A model generated the notes under the pieces. It made no database searches, had not been told where the DNA came from, and saw only the letters and a program-made list of their open reading frames with translations. Positions 48,513 to 56,894 of a DNA stretch of 64,000 bases are shown one piece after another (the first letter of the stretch is position 1; the number at the start of each line of letters is the position of its first letter). The translations under genes were made by a program, and so were the position numbers. The stretch comes from a virus, in the IMG/VR virus record IMGVR_UViG_3300043427_001127, positions 32,001 through 96,000 of that record, one strand, 5' to 3'.

Positions 48513-50660
48513 ATGTTCAACGCCGAAGTCAAGGGCAATCTCGCTCGCCTTCTCGCCACCGAGAACCTTATCATTGAGCACCGCCCTGTAGAGACGGCGA
48601 TGTTCAACGTGAAAGACCGTATCCTCACCCTGCCGATGTGGGAGCGGGCATCCGCCAACGTCTACGATATGCTGGTGGGGCATGAAGTCGGTCACGCTCT
48701 CTACACCCCTGACCGTTGGGGTGATGACTATGGCATTCCTCAGTCGTATCTCAACGTGTGCGAGGATGCTCGTATTGAGAAACTGATGAAGCGTAAGTTT
48801 CCTGGTCTCGCCCGTAACTTCTACGCTGGTTATAAAGAACTGCAGGATGATGATTTCTTCTGTATCGGTGAGCGTGAGCTGGATAGTTATGCTTTGATTG
48901 ACCGTGTGAATCTTTACTTTAAGATTGGCATTCACGCTGGTGAAGTCTTCTCTTGGAATGAGCAAGAAAAAGCAATCGTAGATGAGCTTGCTAATGCCGA
49001 AACTTTTGAGCAAGTTGTGGATGTTGCTCGCAAGATTCTTGCATACACTGAGCAACAGGAACAACAGCAGGTTGTTGAGGCGCAAGGCGACCTTCAGCAA
49101 TCTACTCAAGGTGGGGGTGATTCCACTCAAGGTGGGGGTGACTCTACTGATGGTGAGGGTGAGCAACCTCAGCAAACTTCTGGTGACGGTAACCAAACTG
49201 AAGGTAACGCTGATTCCGATCAACCCGATGATCAGGGTGAAGGTGCTACCAATGGTGGTGGTCAAACGAATACGCTTGAGTCTGAAACTGACAAGGCATT
49301 TACTGAGAATCAGAAACAACTGATTAGTCAGTATCCTCGTTCGCAGCACCTCAACTACATTGAGCTGCCTGACCTCAAAGTAGATAACATTGTTGTCTCT
49401 AACAAGCAAGTGCAGGAAGACTGCAACACTTGCTTCAATGAGCAAACCTCTCGTGTGTTTGCTGAGGTTGACAAACAGTATCTGACTTTCCGTAGCGAAG
49501 CTCAGCGTGAGGTTAACTATCTTGTAAAAGAGTTTGAGATGCGTAAGTCGGCGGACCAGTATGCCCGTGCATCTACTGCCAAGACTGGTATCCTTGATAC
49601 TGCGCTGCTTCATACCTACAAGTGGAATGAGGATGTGTTTAAGAAAATCAATGTTGTGCCTGATGGTAAGAATCATGGTCTGATTTTTATCCTTGACTGG
49701 TCTGGTTCTATGGGTGGTATCCTGCAAGATACTGCTAAGCAACTGTTGAACCTTGCATGGTTCTGTAAGAAAGTGCAGATTCCTTTTGACATCTATGCTT
49801 TTACCAATGACTACTGGTATCACCGAAGCTACGATTATCACACTCAAACTCGCAACAAATCTCCTCGCATTCAAACTCCTAAGGCGGGTCAAGTCAAACT
49901 GTGTGACCACTTCAACATGCTGAATCTTGTCAGCAGCAACGGTCGCAACGGCAAAGACCTTGAAGCACAACTTAAAAACTTCTGGCGTCTTGTTGTTGGC
50001 AATGGTAGCTACTCTGGTTACTCTATTCCTGCTGGTTATGGTCTGTCTGGCACTCCTCTCCATGAGGCAGCAATCTCTCTGACTGCACTTATCCCTGCCT
50101 TTCAGAAGCGTAACAAGGTTCAAAAGACCAACGTTATTATTCTGACTGACGGTGAATCTGCCAGCATCAACTACTACACTGACCAGAAGTATGGTAGCCG
50201 TATGGGCACGAATCATGTAACCAATGATTGTGTTCTGCGTGATCGTAAAACTGGTCGTGTGTATCCTCGCTTTGATGATGGTGGTTACTATGGTAACTCT
50301 GATAAAATCACCAAAGTGTTTCTTCAGAATGTGCGTGATCGTTTCCCTGATGTAAACCTTATCGGTATTCGTCTGGTGAATGGTCGTGGTCTTAACACCA
50401 CCTACAATGCTGAAGATTGTAAAACTTCTTGGGATGAAGTTCAAAAGCAGTGGAAGAAAAACAAGTCCGCTGAACTGATTGAGCATCTTGGTTATCAAGC
50501 ACTTTACATGATGGGCACTGATTCGCTATCTGCGAATAGCGAATTTGATGTTGAAGATGATGCTACCGAGAAAGAAATCGGCAAGGCATTTACTAAAGCA
50601 CTCGCCAAGAAAGGCGTCAATAAGAAGATGCTGACCTCCTTCGCCACACTCATCAGTTGA
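48513..50660 (+). CDS. CobT-like protein: N-terminal HExxH metallopeptidase-like domain, acidic linker, vWA domain
   Basis: GHEVGHALYT, N..EDARIE, MIDAS LDWSGSM, LSGTPL, ILTDGE. Confidence 0.9.
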   Translation: MFNAEVKGNLARLLATENLIIEHRPVETAMFNVKDRILTLPMWERASANVYDMLVGHEVGHALYTPDRWGDDYGIPQSYLNVCEDARIEKLMKRKFPGLARNFYAGYKELQDDDFFCIGERELDSYALIDRVNLYFKIGIHAGEVFSWNEQEKAIVDELANAETFEQVVDVARKILAYTEQQEQQQVVEAQGDLQQSTQGGGDSTQGGGDSTDGEGEQPQQTSGDGNQTEGNADSDQPDDQGEGATNGGGQTNTLESETDKAFTENQKQLISQYPRSQHLNYIELPDLKVDNIVVSNKQVQEDCNTCFNEQTSRVFAEVDKQYLTFRSEAQREVNYLVKEFEMRKSADQYARASTAKTGILDTALLHTYKWNEDVFKKINVVPDGKNHGLIFILDWSGSMGGILQDTAKQLLNLAWFCKKVQIPFDIYAFTNDYWYHRSYDYHTQTRNKSPRIQTPKAGQVKLCDHFNMLNLVSSNGRNGKDLEAQLKNFWRLVVGNGSYSGYSIPAGYGLSGTPLHEAAISLTALIPAFQKRNKVQKTNVIILTDGESASINYYTDQKYGSRMGTNHVTNDCVLRDRKTGRVYPRFDDGGYYGNSDKITKVFLQNVRDRFPDVNLIGIRLVNGRGLNTTYNAEDCKTSWDEVQKQWKKNKSAELIEHLGYQALYMMGTDSLSANSEFDVEDDATEKEIGKAFTKALAKKGVNKKMLTSFATLIS
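49105..49143 (+). repeat. 21-bp tandem repeat (QGGGDST x2) in the linker
   Basis: ctcaaggtgggggtga(t/c)tc occurs twice, 21 nt apart. Confidence 0.8.
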
Positions 50661-50668
50661 TCTGATCA

Positions 50669-50705
50669 ATGGGGGCTTGCGCCCCCATCCCCTTTGCCCT
50701 ATAAT
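50669..50705 (+). promoter_or_regulatory. Hairpin overlapping a sigma70-like promoter before cobS
   Basis: ATGGGGGC-ttgc-GCCCCCAT; TTGCGC-17 nt-TATAAT. Confidence 0.65.
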
Positions 50706-50731
50706 ACTTACATACGAAACGACCCCACACC

Positions 50732-51835
50732 ATGAAAAACTTTGAAGTCGCCCCCATGATTGACCGCTTCGGTCCTGTTGTGACTGCTGCTGACGTTCGT
50801 GCCTATGCCGACGAGATTGGCATGGGTTACCAAACGCTCACTAAGAAACTGGAACAGTTCAAGGTGCAGCGTGGTCTGTGGCATCTGACTGCTGCTGAGC
50901 AACTTGAGCAAACCTATAATCAACCCGCTGTTGAACCTGTGGCAGAAAACCCTGAAAACTTTATTCCTGCGAAAGATGCTTCCTTCGTCAGCTTTGGTAA
51001 CTTTAGTGATATTAAGAAGATTGTTTCTTCTCGCCAGTATTATCCTATCTTCATCACTGGTCTCTCTGGTAACGGTAAAACTTTCAGTGTGGAGCAAGCT
51101 TGTGCTCAACTGAAGCGTGAGTTGATTCGTGTCAACATCACCATTGAGACCGACGAGGATGATCTGATCGGCGGTTTCCGTCTCGTTAACGGTGAGACCG
51201 TGTGGCACGATGGTCCTGTGGTGCAGGCACTCAACCGTGGCGCTATTCTCCTGCTGGATGAGATTGACCTTGCCTCTAACAAAATCCTCTGCCTGCAATC
51301 TGTGCTTGAGGGTAAGGGTGTCTTCCTTAAGAAGATCGGCAAGTATGTCAAACCCGCTGCTGGTTTCAACGTTGTTGCTACTGCCAACACCAAAGGTAAG
51401 GGTAGCGATGACGGTCGCTTCATCGGCACTAACGTTCTCAACGAAGCATTCCTTGAGCGTTTTCCTGTGACCTTTGAGCAGGCATATCCCACTCCTAAGG
51501 TTGAAACTGCTATCCTTAAGAAAGCTGCTGATTCGCTGAACTGCTACGATGAAGAGTTTGTGAGTCGTCTGGTTGCATGGGCAGAGATTATTCGTAAGAC
51601 CTTCTACGATGGTGGTGTTGACGAAATCATTTCCACTCGTCGTCTGGTTCACGTTATCCGCGCCTTCAGTATCTTTGGCAAGCGTAAAAAAGCGATTGAG
51701 GTTTGCATCGCTCGTTTTGATGATGAGACTAAGCAATCCTTCATGGAACTCTATTCCAAGATTGACGCTTCCATTGATGCTCAACCTACTGAAACCACTC
51801 AACCCGAACTGACTGTTGAATCTGATCCCTTCTGA
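50732..51835 (+). CDS. cobS: CobS-like MoxR-family AAA+ ATPase
   Basis: GLSGNGKT, LLLDEID, ATANTKG.G, NEAFLERF, ISTRRL. Confidence 0.93.
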   Translation: MKNFEVAPMIDRFGPVVTAADVRAYADEIGMGYQTLTKKLEQFKVQRGLWHLTAAEQLEQTYNQPAVEPVAENPENFIPAKDASFVSFGNFSDIKKIVSSRQYYPIFITGLSGNGKTFSVEQACAQLKRELIRVNITIETDEDDLIGGFRLVNGETVWHDGPVVQALNRGAILLLDEIDLASNKILCLQSVLEGKGVFLKKIGKYVKPAAGFNVVATANTKGKGSDDGRFIGTNVLNEAFLERFPVTFEQAYPTPKVETAILKKAADSLNCYDEEFVSRLVAWAEIIRKTFYDGGVDEIISTRRLVHVIRAFSIFGKRKKAIEVCIARFDDETKQSFMELYSKIDASIDAQPTETTQPELTVESDPF

Positions 51836-52032
51836 TGTTTGATAACCTCTCTCGCCACACCCTCATTCGCCTGACGGATGGGGGTGTTTTTTTAATCAAA
51901 TGTAAAGTCATGGAGCTTCACAATGGATTGGAGATTCCCTGTTACCTTGGATTACGTTACGTCACCGAGGTTGACTACATGACCACAAGATGCTATACTG
52001 AACAAATAGATTCTATTATCAAGGAAATCTAA
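51835..52032 (+). CDS. Hypothetical protein (uncertain)
   Basis: 65-aa ORF coupled to the cobS stop (TGATG), but it overlaps a terminator and a promoter. Confidence 0.4.
   Translation: MFDNLSRHTLIRLTDGGVFLIKCKVMELHNGLEIPCYLGLRYVTEVDYMTTRCYTEQIDSIIKEI
51857..51893 (+). terminator. Rho-independent terminator after cobS
   Basis: 13-bp stem ACACCCTCATTCG-cctga-CGGATGGGGGTGT (two G.U pairs) followed by a T-run. Confidence 0.75.
51971..51999 (+). promoter_or_regulatory. Sigma70 promoter with extended -10 for the clamp operon
   Basis: TTGACT-17 nt-TATACT with TGn. Confidence 0.7.
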
Positions 52033-52034
52033 CT

Positions 52035-52322
52035 ATGCAATGGAAATACAATGAAGAGCAACTGCTCAATGAACTGCGAGATTACATCACCAATACATAT
52101 CGCCAACACTATTCGTCTGGCGTAGATGGTGTTCAGACCCTAGATCTGATCGCTGCCTGTGGTGATGGTGAACCATTCTGTCGTAGTAATATTCTCAAGT
52201 ATGCTTCGCGGTATGATAAGAAAGGAAGCGCCCGACATGATATTATGAAAGTGCTGCACTACGCACTTCTGCTTCTACACTTCAATGACCAAAACGCACA
52301 GCGAGAAGATTACAACCGATGA
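52035..52322 (+). CDS. DUF3310-like conserved phage protein
   Basis: TY..HY...QTLDLI...FCRSNILKYASRY.KKG....D..K..HY. Confidence 0.8.
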   Translation: MQWKYNEEQLLNELRDYITNTYRQHYSSGVDGVQTLDLIAACGDGEPFCRSNILKYASRYDKKGSARHDIMKVLHYALLLLHFNDQNAQREDYNR

Positions 52323-52981
52323 GCACAGTTGCACTTTCCCAAACTACTCTGAATATTCTAAAGAACTTCGCCACGATTAACAATGGCATCATCATCAAAA
52401 AAGGCAACACGCTACGAACCATTTCCAACGCTGAGAACATCCTGGCTGCGGCAAACGTGGAAGAGTCTTTTCCTCAGACCTTTGCTATCTATGACCTCAA
52501 TCAGTTTATTGCTGGTCTCAGTTTGTTTGACAATCCCTCTTTGGATTTTGATAATACCGACTATGTTACTATCAAAGATGGGAGAAGTCGTGTCAAATAT
52601 TATTTCAGTGATCCTGAGATTACGCTCAAAACTGCGCCTGATAAATCAGTAAAGTATCCTGGTTCCGATATTCAGTTCACTCTGTCTGCTGCTAACATCG
52701 CTGCCATTCAGAAAGCAACTGGTATCTACAAACTACCTGACCTGAACATCAGCTCTGATGAAGAGATTATTCTGTCAGTCCGCGACAATGAAGTGTCAAC
52801 GTCTAACACGTATGATATCATTGTACCAGGCACATTTGAAGGAACGCATTCGCTTGACCTGAAGGTTGAGAACATTCGTCTTCTTCAAGGTGATTATCAG
52901 GTTGGTGTTTCTAAGCATCACATTTCTGAGTGGAAGCATCTCAACCTTGACGTTACATATTACATCGCACTTGAACCTTGA
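52319..52981 (+). CDS. gp45: Sliding clamp gp45
   Basis: LS..TL.ILKNFATIN...FAIYDLNQF...Y.YYIALE. Confidence 0.96.
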   Translation: MSTVALSQTTLNILKNFATINNGIIIKKGNTLRTISNAENILAAANVEESFPQTFAIYDLNQFIAGLSLFDNPSLDFDNTDYVTIKDGRSRVKYYFSDPEITLKTAPDKSVKYPGSDIQFTLSAANIAAIQKATGIYKLPDLNISSDEEIILSVRDNEVSTSNTYDIIVPGTFEGTHSLDLKVENIRLLQGDYQVGVSKHHISEWKHLNLDVTYYIALEP

Positions 52982-53922
52982 TGAAAAACTTTTTGTGGGT
53001 GGAGGAGTATCGTCCTCGTAAGATTGAAGACTGTATCCTCCCTGATTCGTTAAAGAAAGTATTCACTGGATTTGTAGAGCAGGGGGAGATTGCTAATCTT
53101 CTTCTGTCTGGTCCTCCTGGCGTTGGTAAGACTACAGTTGCCAAAGCCTTGTGTGAAGAGATTGGTGCTTCATACATTGTTATCAACGGTTCGGATGAAG
53201 GTCGCTTCCTTGACACCATTCGTACCCGTGTCAAACAGTTCGCCAGTTCTGTCAGTTTAACTGGCGGTGGCAAACACAAAGTCGTCATCATTGACGAGGC
53301 GGATAACACCACTCATGACGTTCAGCTATCTCTTCGCGCCTTTGTTGAGGAGTTCCATAGTAACTGTCGTTTCATCTTTACCTGCAACTTCATTAACAAA
53401 ATCGTTGACCCCCTGCACTCCCGCTGCACGGTCGTTGATTTCCGCATCAAACCAGAGGAGCAGAAGAAGTTACAGGCGGCGTTCTTCGGGCGCTTACAGG
53501 GCATCCTAGACGCCTCTGGCGTGGCGTATGAGGACAAGGTGCTGGTCAAACTGATTCAGCGTTACTACCCCGACTGGCGACGCCTGCTGAACGAAGCACA
53601 GCGCCACTCTGCTAGCGGGTCACTGGACTCTGCTGTGCTCTGTGACATCGCTGATGTAAACCTAGACCAGCTCATGCGAGCAATGAAGTCTAAGGAATAC
53701 AAGGTTGTTCGTCAGTGGGTTGTGGATAATATGGATAGTGACCCTAACACTATCATTCGTAAAATCTACAATGCATTGAATGAAGTGCTGGAAGGTTCTT
53801 CTATTCCCCCAGCTGTTCTGGTGCTTGCTAAGTATCAATATCAGATTGCCTTTGTGGCAGACCAAGAGATTAATCTCTTAGCTTGTTTAACTGAGATTAT
53901 GGTGGAGTGTAAGTTTAAATGA
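52978..53922 (+). CDS. gp44: Clamp loader large subunit gp44
   Basis: LWVEEYRP, GPPGVGKTT, IIDEAD, PLHSRC. Confidence 0.97.
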   Translation: MMKNFLWVEEYRPRKIEDCILPDSLKKVFTGFVEQGEIANLLLSGPPGVGKTTVAKALCEEIGASYIVINGSDEGRFLDTIRTRVKQFASSVSLTGGGKHKVVIIDEADNTTHDVQLSLRAFVEEFHSNCRFIFTCNFINKIVDPLHSRCTVVDFRIKPEEQKKLQAAFFGRLQGILDASGVAYEDKVLVKLIQRYYPDWRRLLNEAQRHSASGSLDSAVLCDIADVNLDQLMRAMKSKEYKVVRQWVVDNMDSDPNTIIRKIYNALNEVLEGSSIPPAVLVLAKYQYQIAFVADQEINLLACLTEIMVECKFK

Positions 53923-54809
53923 AATCATTGAAGACGCCGTTAAGATATCCTGGTGGTAAATCTCGTGCAGTAAAATATCTTATTCCTAAGATTCCAAAAG
54001 ATATTACCGAATACCGAGAACCTTTTCTGGGTGGTGGTAGTGTGGCAATCGCATTTACAAAAGAATATCCAGACATTCCTGTGTGGGTGAATGACCTGTA
54101 TGAACCGCTGGTAAACTTCTGGCAGATGTTACAAACGAGACCTGATGGATTGTTTGTTTTGTTGGAAGCATATAAAAAAGAATATTCTACACCAGATACT
54201 GCTAGAGAGTTATTCAACTATTGTAAAGTAGATGTAAATGACAAAGAGAAACCAGAACTTTGTAGAGCTGCTGCTTTCTATGTTGTCAACAAGTGTAGTT
54301 TCTCTGGTCTCACCGAGTCATCTTCTTTCTCAGCACAAGCAAGTGACCACAACTTCACCATGCGTGGTATTACAAACCTTCCCAAATACTCAGAACTGAT
54401 TGAGAACTGGAAGATTACTTGTGGTCCTTACTGGGATATGATGATGACATCTGCTCCTGTAGGAACGTTCTGGTTCTTTGATCCTCCTTATGATATCAAA
54501 GATAATCTCTACGGTAAGAAAGGGGAGCTGCATAAAGGATTTAACCATGAAGAGTTTCATGCTTGGATTACCCAGGGGAATGTAAAAGACCGTTGGATGA
54601 TTACTTACAATACCAACCCAACTCTTATGGAGTGGTATGATGGTTACTACCAAACCAAATGGGATTTGACTTATACTATGCGTTCAGTAGGTGACTACAT
54701 GAATGAGCAAAAAGACCGCGCTGAACTATTGATTACTAACTATGACGAAACCATCTCTGGCGGAATATTTGAACTCAATAAATCAAAACAAGAAGTCGGT
54801 AGTTATTGA
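53919..54809 (+). CDS. dam: DNA adenine methyltransferase (D12/Dam class)
   Basis: PLRYPGGKS, EPFLGGGS, ND, DPPY, ELLITNY. Confidence 0.92.
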   Translation: MKSLKTPLRYPGGKSRAVKYLIPKIPKDITEYREPFLGGGSVAIAFTKEYPDIPVWVNDLYEPLVNFWQMLQTRPDGLFVLLEAYKKEYSTPDTARELFNYCKVDVNDKEKPELCRAAAFYVVNKCSFSGLTESSSFSAQASDHNFTMRGITNLPKYSELIENWKITCGPYWDMMMTSAPVGTFWFFDPPYDIKDNLYGKKGELHKGFNHEEFHAWITQGNVKDRWMITYNTNPTLMEWYDGYYQTKWDLTYTMRSVGDYMNEQKDRAELLITNYDETISGGIFELNKSKQEVGSY

Positions 54810-55128
54810 CGAAGAATCAGAAAAAGCGTATCCACCTTTCATTGTAAACAAGTGTCTTGCTGCTTTCCATGATACAGTTCTCTTTGCTAATGAGATGAAC
54901 ATGTATCCACATCTAGACAAGAAGTTGCAGTATGACTTTTTTATAAATAGTATCAATCCGCGCAAGCGGTTTTCGCCATGGGCGAAAAAAACTCAAGTAG
55001 AATACCTTGATGCGATTAAGGAGTATTATGGTTATAACGACGATAAGGCTCTACAGGCATTGAGAATTTTATCTAAAGATCAACTTGAACACATTAAAAA
55101 ACTTGTAGACAAAGGTGGAAAACGATGA
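54742..55128 (+). CDS. gp62: Clamp loader small subunit gp62
   Basis: YLNSIN..K...YPPFIVN..L...ANEMN...LQYDF...RKRFSPW.K...YYGY. Confidence 0.95.
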   Translation: MTKPSLAEYLNSINQNKKSVVIDEESEKAYPPFIVNKCLAAFHDTVLFANEMNMYPHLDKKLQYDFFINSINPRKRFSPWAKKTQVEYLDAIKEYYGYNDDKALQALRILSKDQLEHIKKLVDKGGKR

Positions 55129-55553
55129 CTCCTGATATCGAAGTAGAATGGAAGCAAGCTGATATGGTTGAGGTGACTCTCAATGAACCTGATGATTTCC
55201 TCAAAGTTCGTGAGACCCTAACTCGTATCGGTGTCGCATCCCGTAAAGAAAAAAAGATTTACCAATCTTGCCATATTCTTCACAAGCAAGGCAAGTATTA
55301 CATCGTTCATTTCAAGGAGCTGTTTGCCCTTGATGGAAAGAATACAAATCTTTCAGTGAATGATGTGCAACGTAGAAACAGAATCATTCAACTGTTATCC
55401 GATTGGGGATTGATTTCTGTTGTTAAAGCAGAAGCGATTGCTGATGTTGCTCCGTTGAATCAAATCAAAGTTCTTGCTTTTAAAGAAAAAGACGAATGGA
55501 CGCTTGAAAGTAAATATAACATTGGTCGTAAGAAGACCGAAGTAACCGAATAA
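55125..55553 (+). CDS. regA: Translational repressor RegA
   Basis: PDDFLKVRETLTRIGVAS...QSCHILHKQG.YYIVHFKELF.LDG. Confidence 0.98.
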   Translation: MTPDIEVEWKQADMVEVTLNEPDDFLKVRETLTRIGVASRKEKKIYQSCHILHKQGKYYIVHFKELFALDGKNTNLSVNDVQRRNRIIQLLSDWGLISVVKAEAIADVAPLNQIKVLAFKEKDEWTLESKYNIGRKKTEVTE

Positions 55554-55559
55554 TTTTGT

Positions 55560-55583
55560 AGGGAGTTCCACACTCCCTTTTTT
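55560..55583 (+). terminator. Rho-independent terminator after regA
   Basis: AGGGAGT-tccac-ACTCCCT followed by a T-run. Confidence 0.8.
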
Positions 55584-55609
55584 ATTGCTATCTGATATAT
55601 AATATTGAA

Positions 55610-55665
55610 GAGATGCCTACGGGGTCTCGATAAAAACTCTCGCTTATTAAAGGAGAACAATCATG
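55610..55665 (+). promoter_or_regulatory. Structured hsp20 5' leader, candidate ROSE-like RNA thermometer
   Basis: UNCG hairpin, then UCUCGCUU pairing with the AAGGAGA RBS with a bulged G. Confidence 0.6.
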
Positions 55666-56109
55666 TCACAATACACCTGGGATATTTACGCCCCATTTGG
55701 CGTTGGATTAGATAGCATTTTTAATAGACTGGATGCAATGTCTGGTCACAACACAAGCTATCCACCATACAATATCGTCAAAAACGATGAATCTAACTAC
55801 GAAATTGAAATCGCTCTGGCTGGATTTAAAGCAGATGAGATTGAAGTCTCTACAGAACAGAACATTCTCAGAGTTACCTCGAAAGTTGCAAAACGAGATA
55901 CTGAAAGAACATACCTGCACAAAGGTTTATCCAAACGTTCCTTTAATAACTCATGGCAACTCGCAGATGATGTCAGAGTATCCTCTGTAGATTTTGCTGA
56001 TGGTCTATTAACAATCTCATTGGAGAAGATCATCCCAGAACATCAGAAGAAGATCACCTACAACATCGGCAGACACTTAGATCCTCAGTTTTTGACTGAG
56101 GATAAATAG
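55663..56109 (+). CDS. hsp20: Small heat-shock protein Hsp20
   Basis: YPPYNI...IEIALAGF...YLHKGLS.R.F...DGLL.I.L...PE. Confidence 0.96.
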   Translation: MSQYTWDIYAPFGVGLDSIFNRLDAMSGHNTSYPPYNIVKNDESNYEIEIALAGFKADEIEVSTEQNILRVTSKVAKRDTERTYLHKGLSKRSFNNSWQLADDVRVSSVDFADGLLTISLEKIIPEHQKKITYNIGRHLDPQFLTEDK

Positions 56110-56217
56110 GCGCGGGGCAACCCAAATATCGTCGGCGCAAGGGCGGGGCTGGCAACTATCAGCCCTTGCCCTATTTTCTTTTTTGTGCTATACTATTATT
56201 AAACAGGAGATTATTTT

Positions 56218-56577
56218 ATGATTCCGAAGATTATTCTTACTAAAAATGGAGAAAAACTCATTGCTGCAGTTGGTGAGTTTACTGATCCAGAAACAGACAA
56301 AGGATTGGGATTTGTTTTTAGGTGTCCATATGTCCTTTCTATGACTCCTAATGGAGATGGTCAGTTCTCTGTAAACTTCACTAAATGGATTCCATATGCT
56401 ACCGATAGTCAATATAAAGTTCCTTATGATGTAGTTGCTGCTATTGGAGATCCAGAACCAGATATTGCTAATATTTACATTGAAAAATTTGGAGATAGAT
56501 TAAATGACGACGCCGCAACAACCAGTGATTCAAGTGATAGTGTTGAAGAATCAGGAGTATCTGATATCGGGGATTGA
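56218..56577 (+). CDS. Conserved hypothetical protein, possible Sm-like fold
   Basis: IILTKNGEKLIA...PY...WIPY...V....DP; AGGAG RBS; extended -10 TGcTATACT at 56185-56193. Confidence 0.75.
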   Translation: MIPKIILTKNGEKLIAAVGEFTDPETDKGLGFVFRCPYVLSMTPNGDGQFSVNFTKWIPYATDSQYKVPYDVVAAIGDPEPDIANIYIEKFGDRLNDDAATTSDSSDSVEESGVSDIGD

Positions 56578-56890
56578 AGAAAGAGAAGAAAGTCCCGAGT
56601 GTCTTCTGACAAATCCATATAGAATAACTGACCTAACTTATTGGGATCATTCTAACGTTGATTATAAAAACGTTCATAATCCCGAAGCTCTTTTTGTTGA
56701 AGAGTCTATCGAAAAAGAACTAGACAAAGATGGTAATGAGGTAACAGTTACTCAAACGGATTATATTCTTCTTCAAAAGTTTCCGAAGTACACTAATCAA
56801 ACTCAAATCTACATGCGAGCAGATGACATCCTGACCATTTGCGATCCGTCGTATTCTGTGCTAGAATACTACCAGAAGACCGTGGGTTGA
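56504..56890 (+). CDS. Conserved hypothetical protein, possible Sm-like fold
   Basis: VIVLKNQEYLIS...LTNPY...FPKYT.Q.......DILTI.DP; GGAG RBS. Confidence 0.75.
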   Translation: MTTPQQPVIQVIVLKNQEYLISGIEEREESPECLLTNPYRITDLTYWDHSNVDYKNVHNPEALFVEESIEKELDKDGNEVTVTQTDYILLQKFPKYTNQTQIYMRADDILTICDPSYSVLEYYQKTVG

Positions 56891-56894
56891 CCGC

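Noticed and set aside
48441-50498. 685-aa minus-strand ORF (and the 364-aa ORF at 50708-51802)
   Set aside because: Exactly in register with well-supported sense genes and without recognisable motifs; explained by the absence of TTA/CTA/TCA sense codons (reported as a codon-usage finding)
56110-56200. tRNA in the GC-rich intergenic region
   Set aside because: No cloverleaf or T-loop GTTCRA motif
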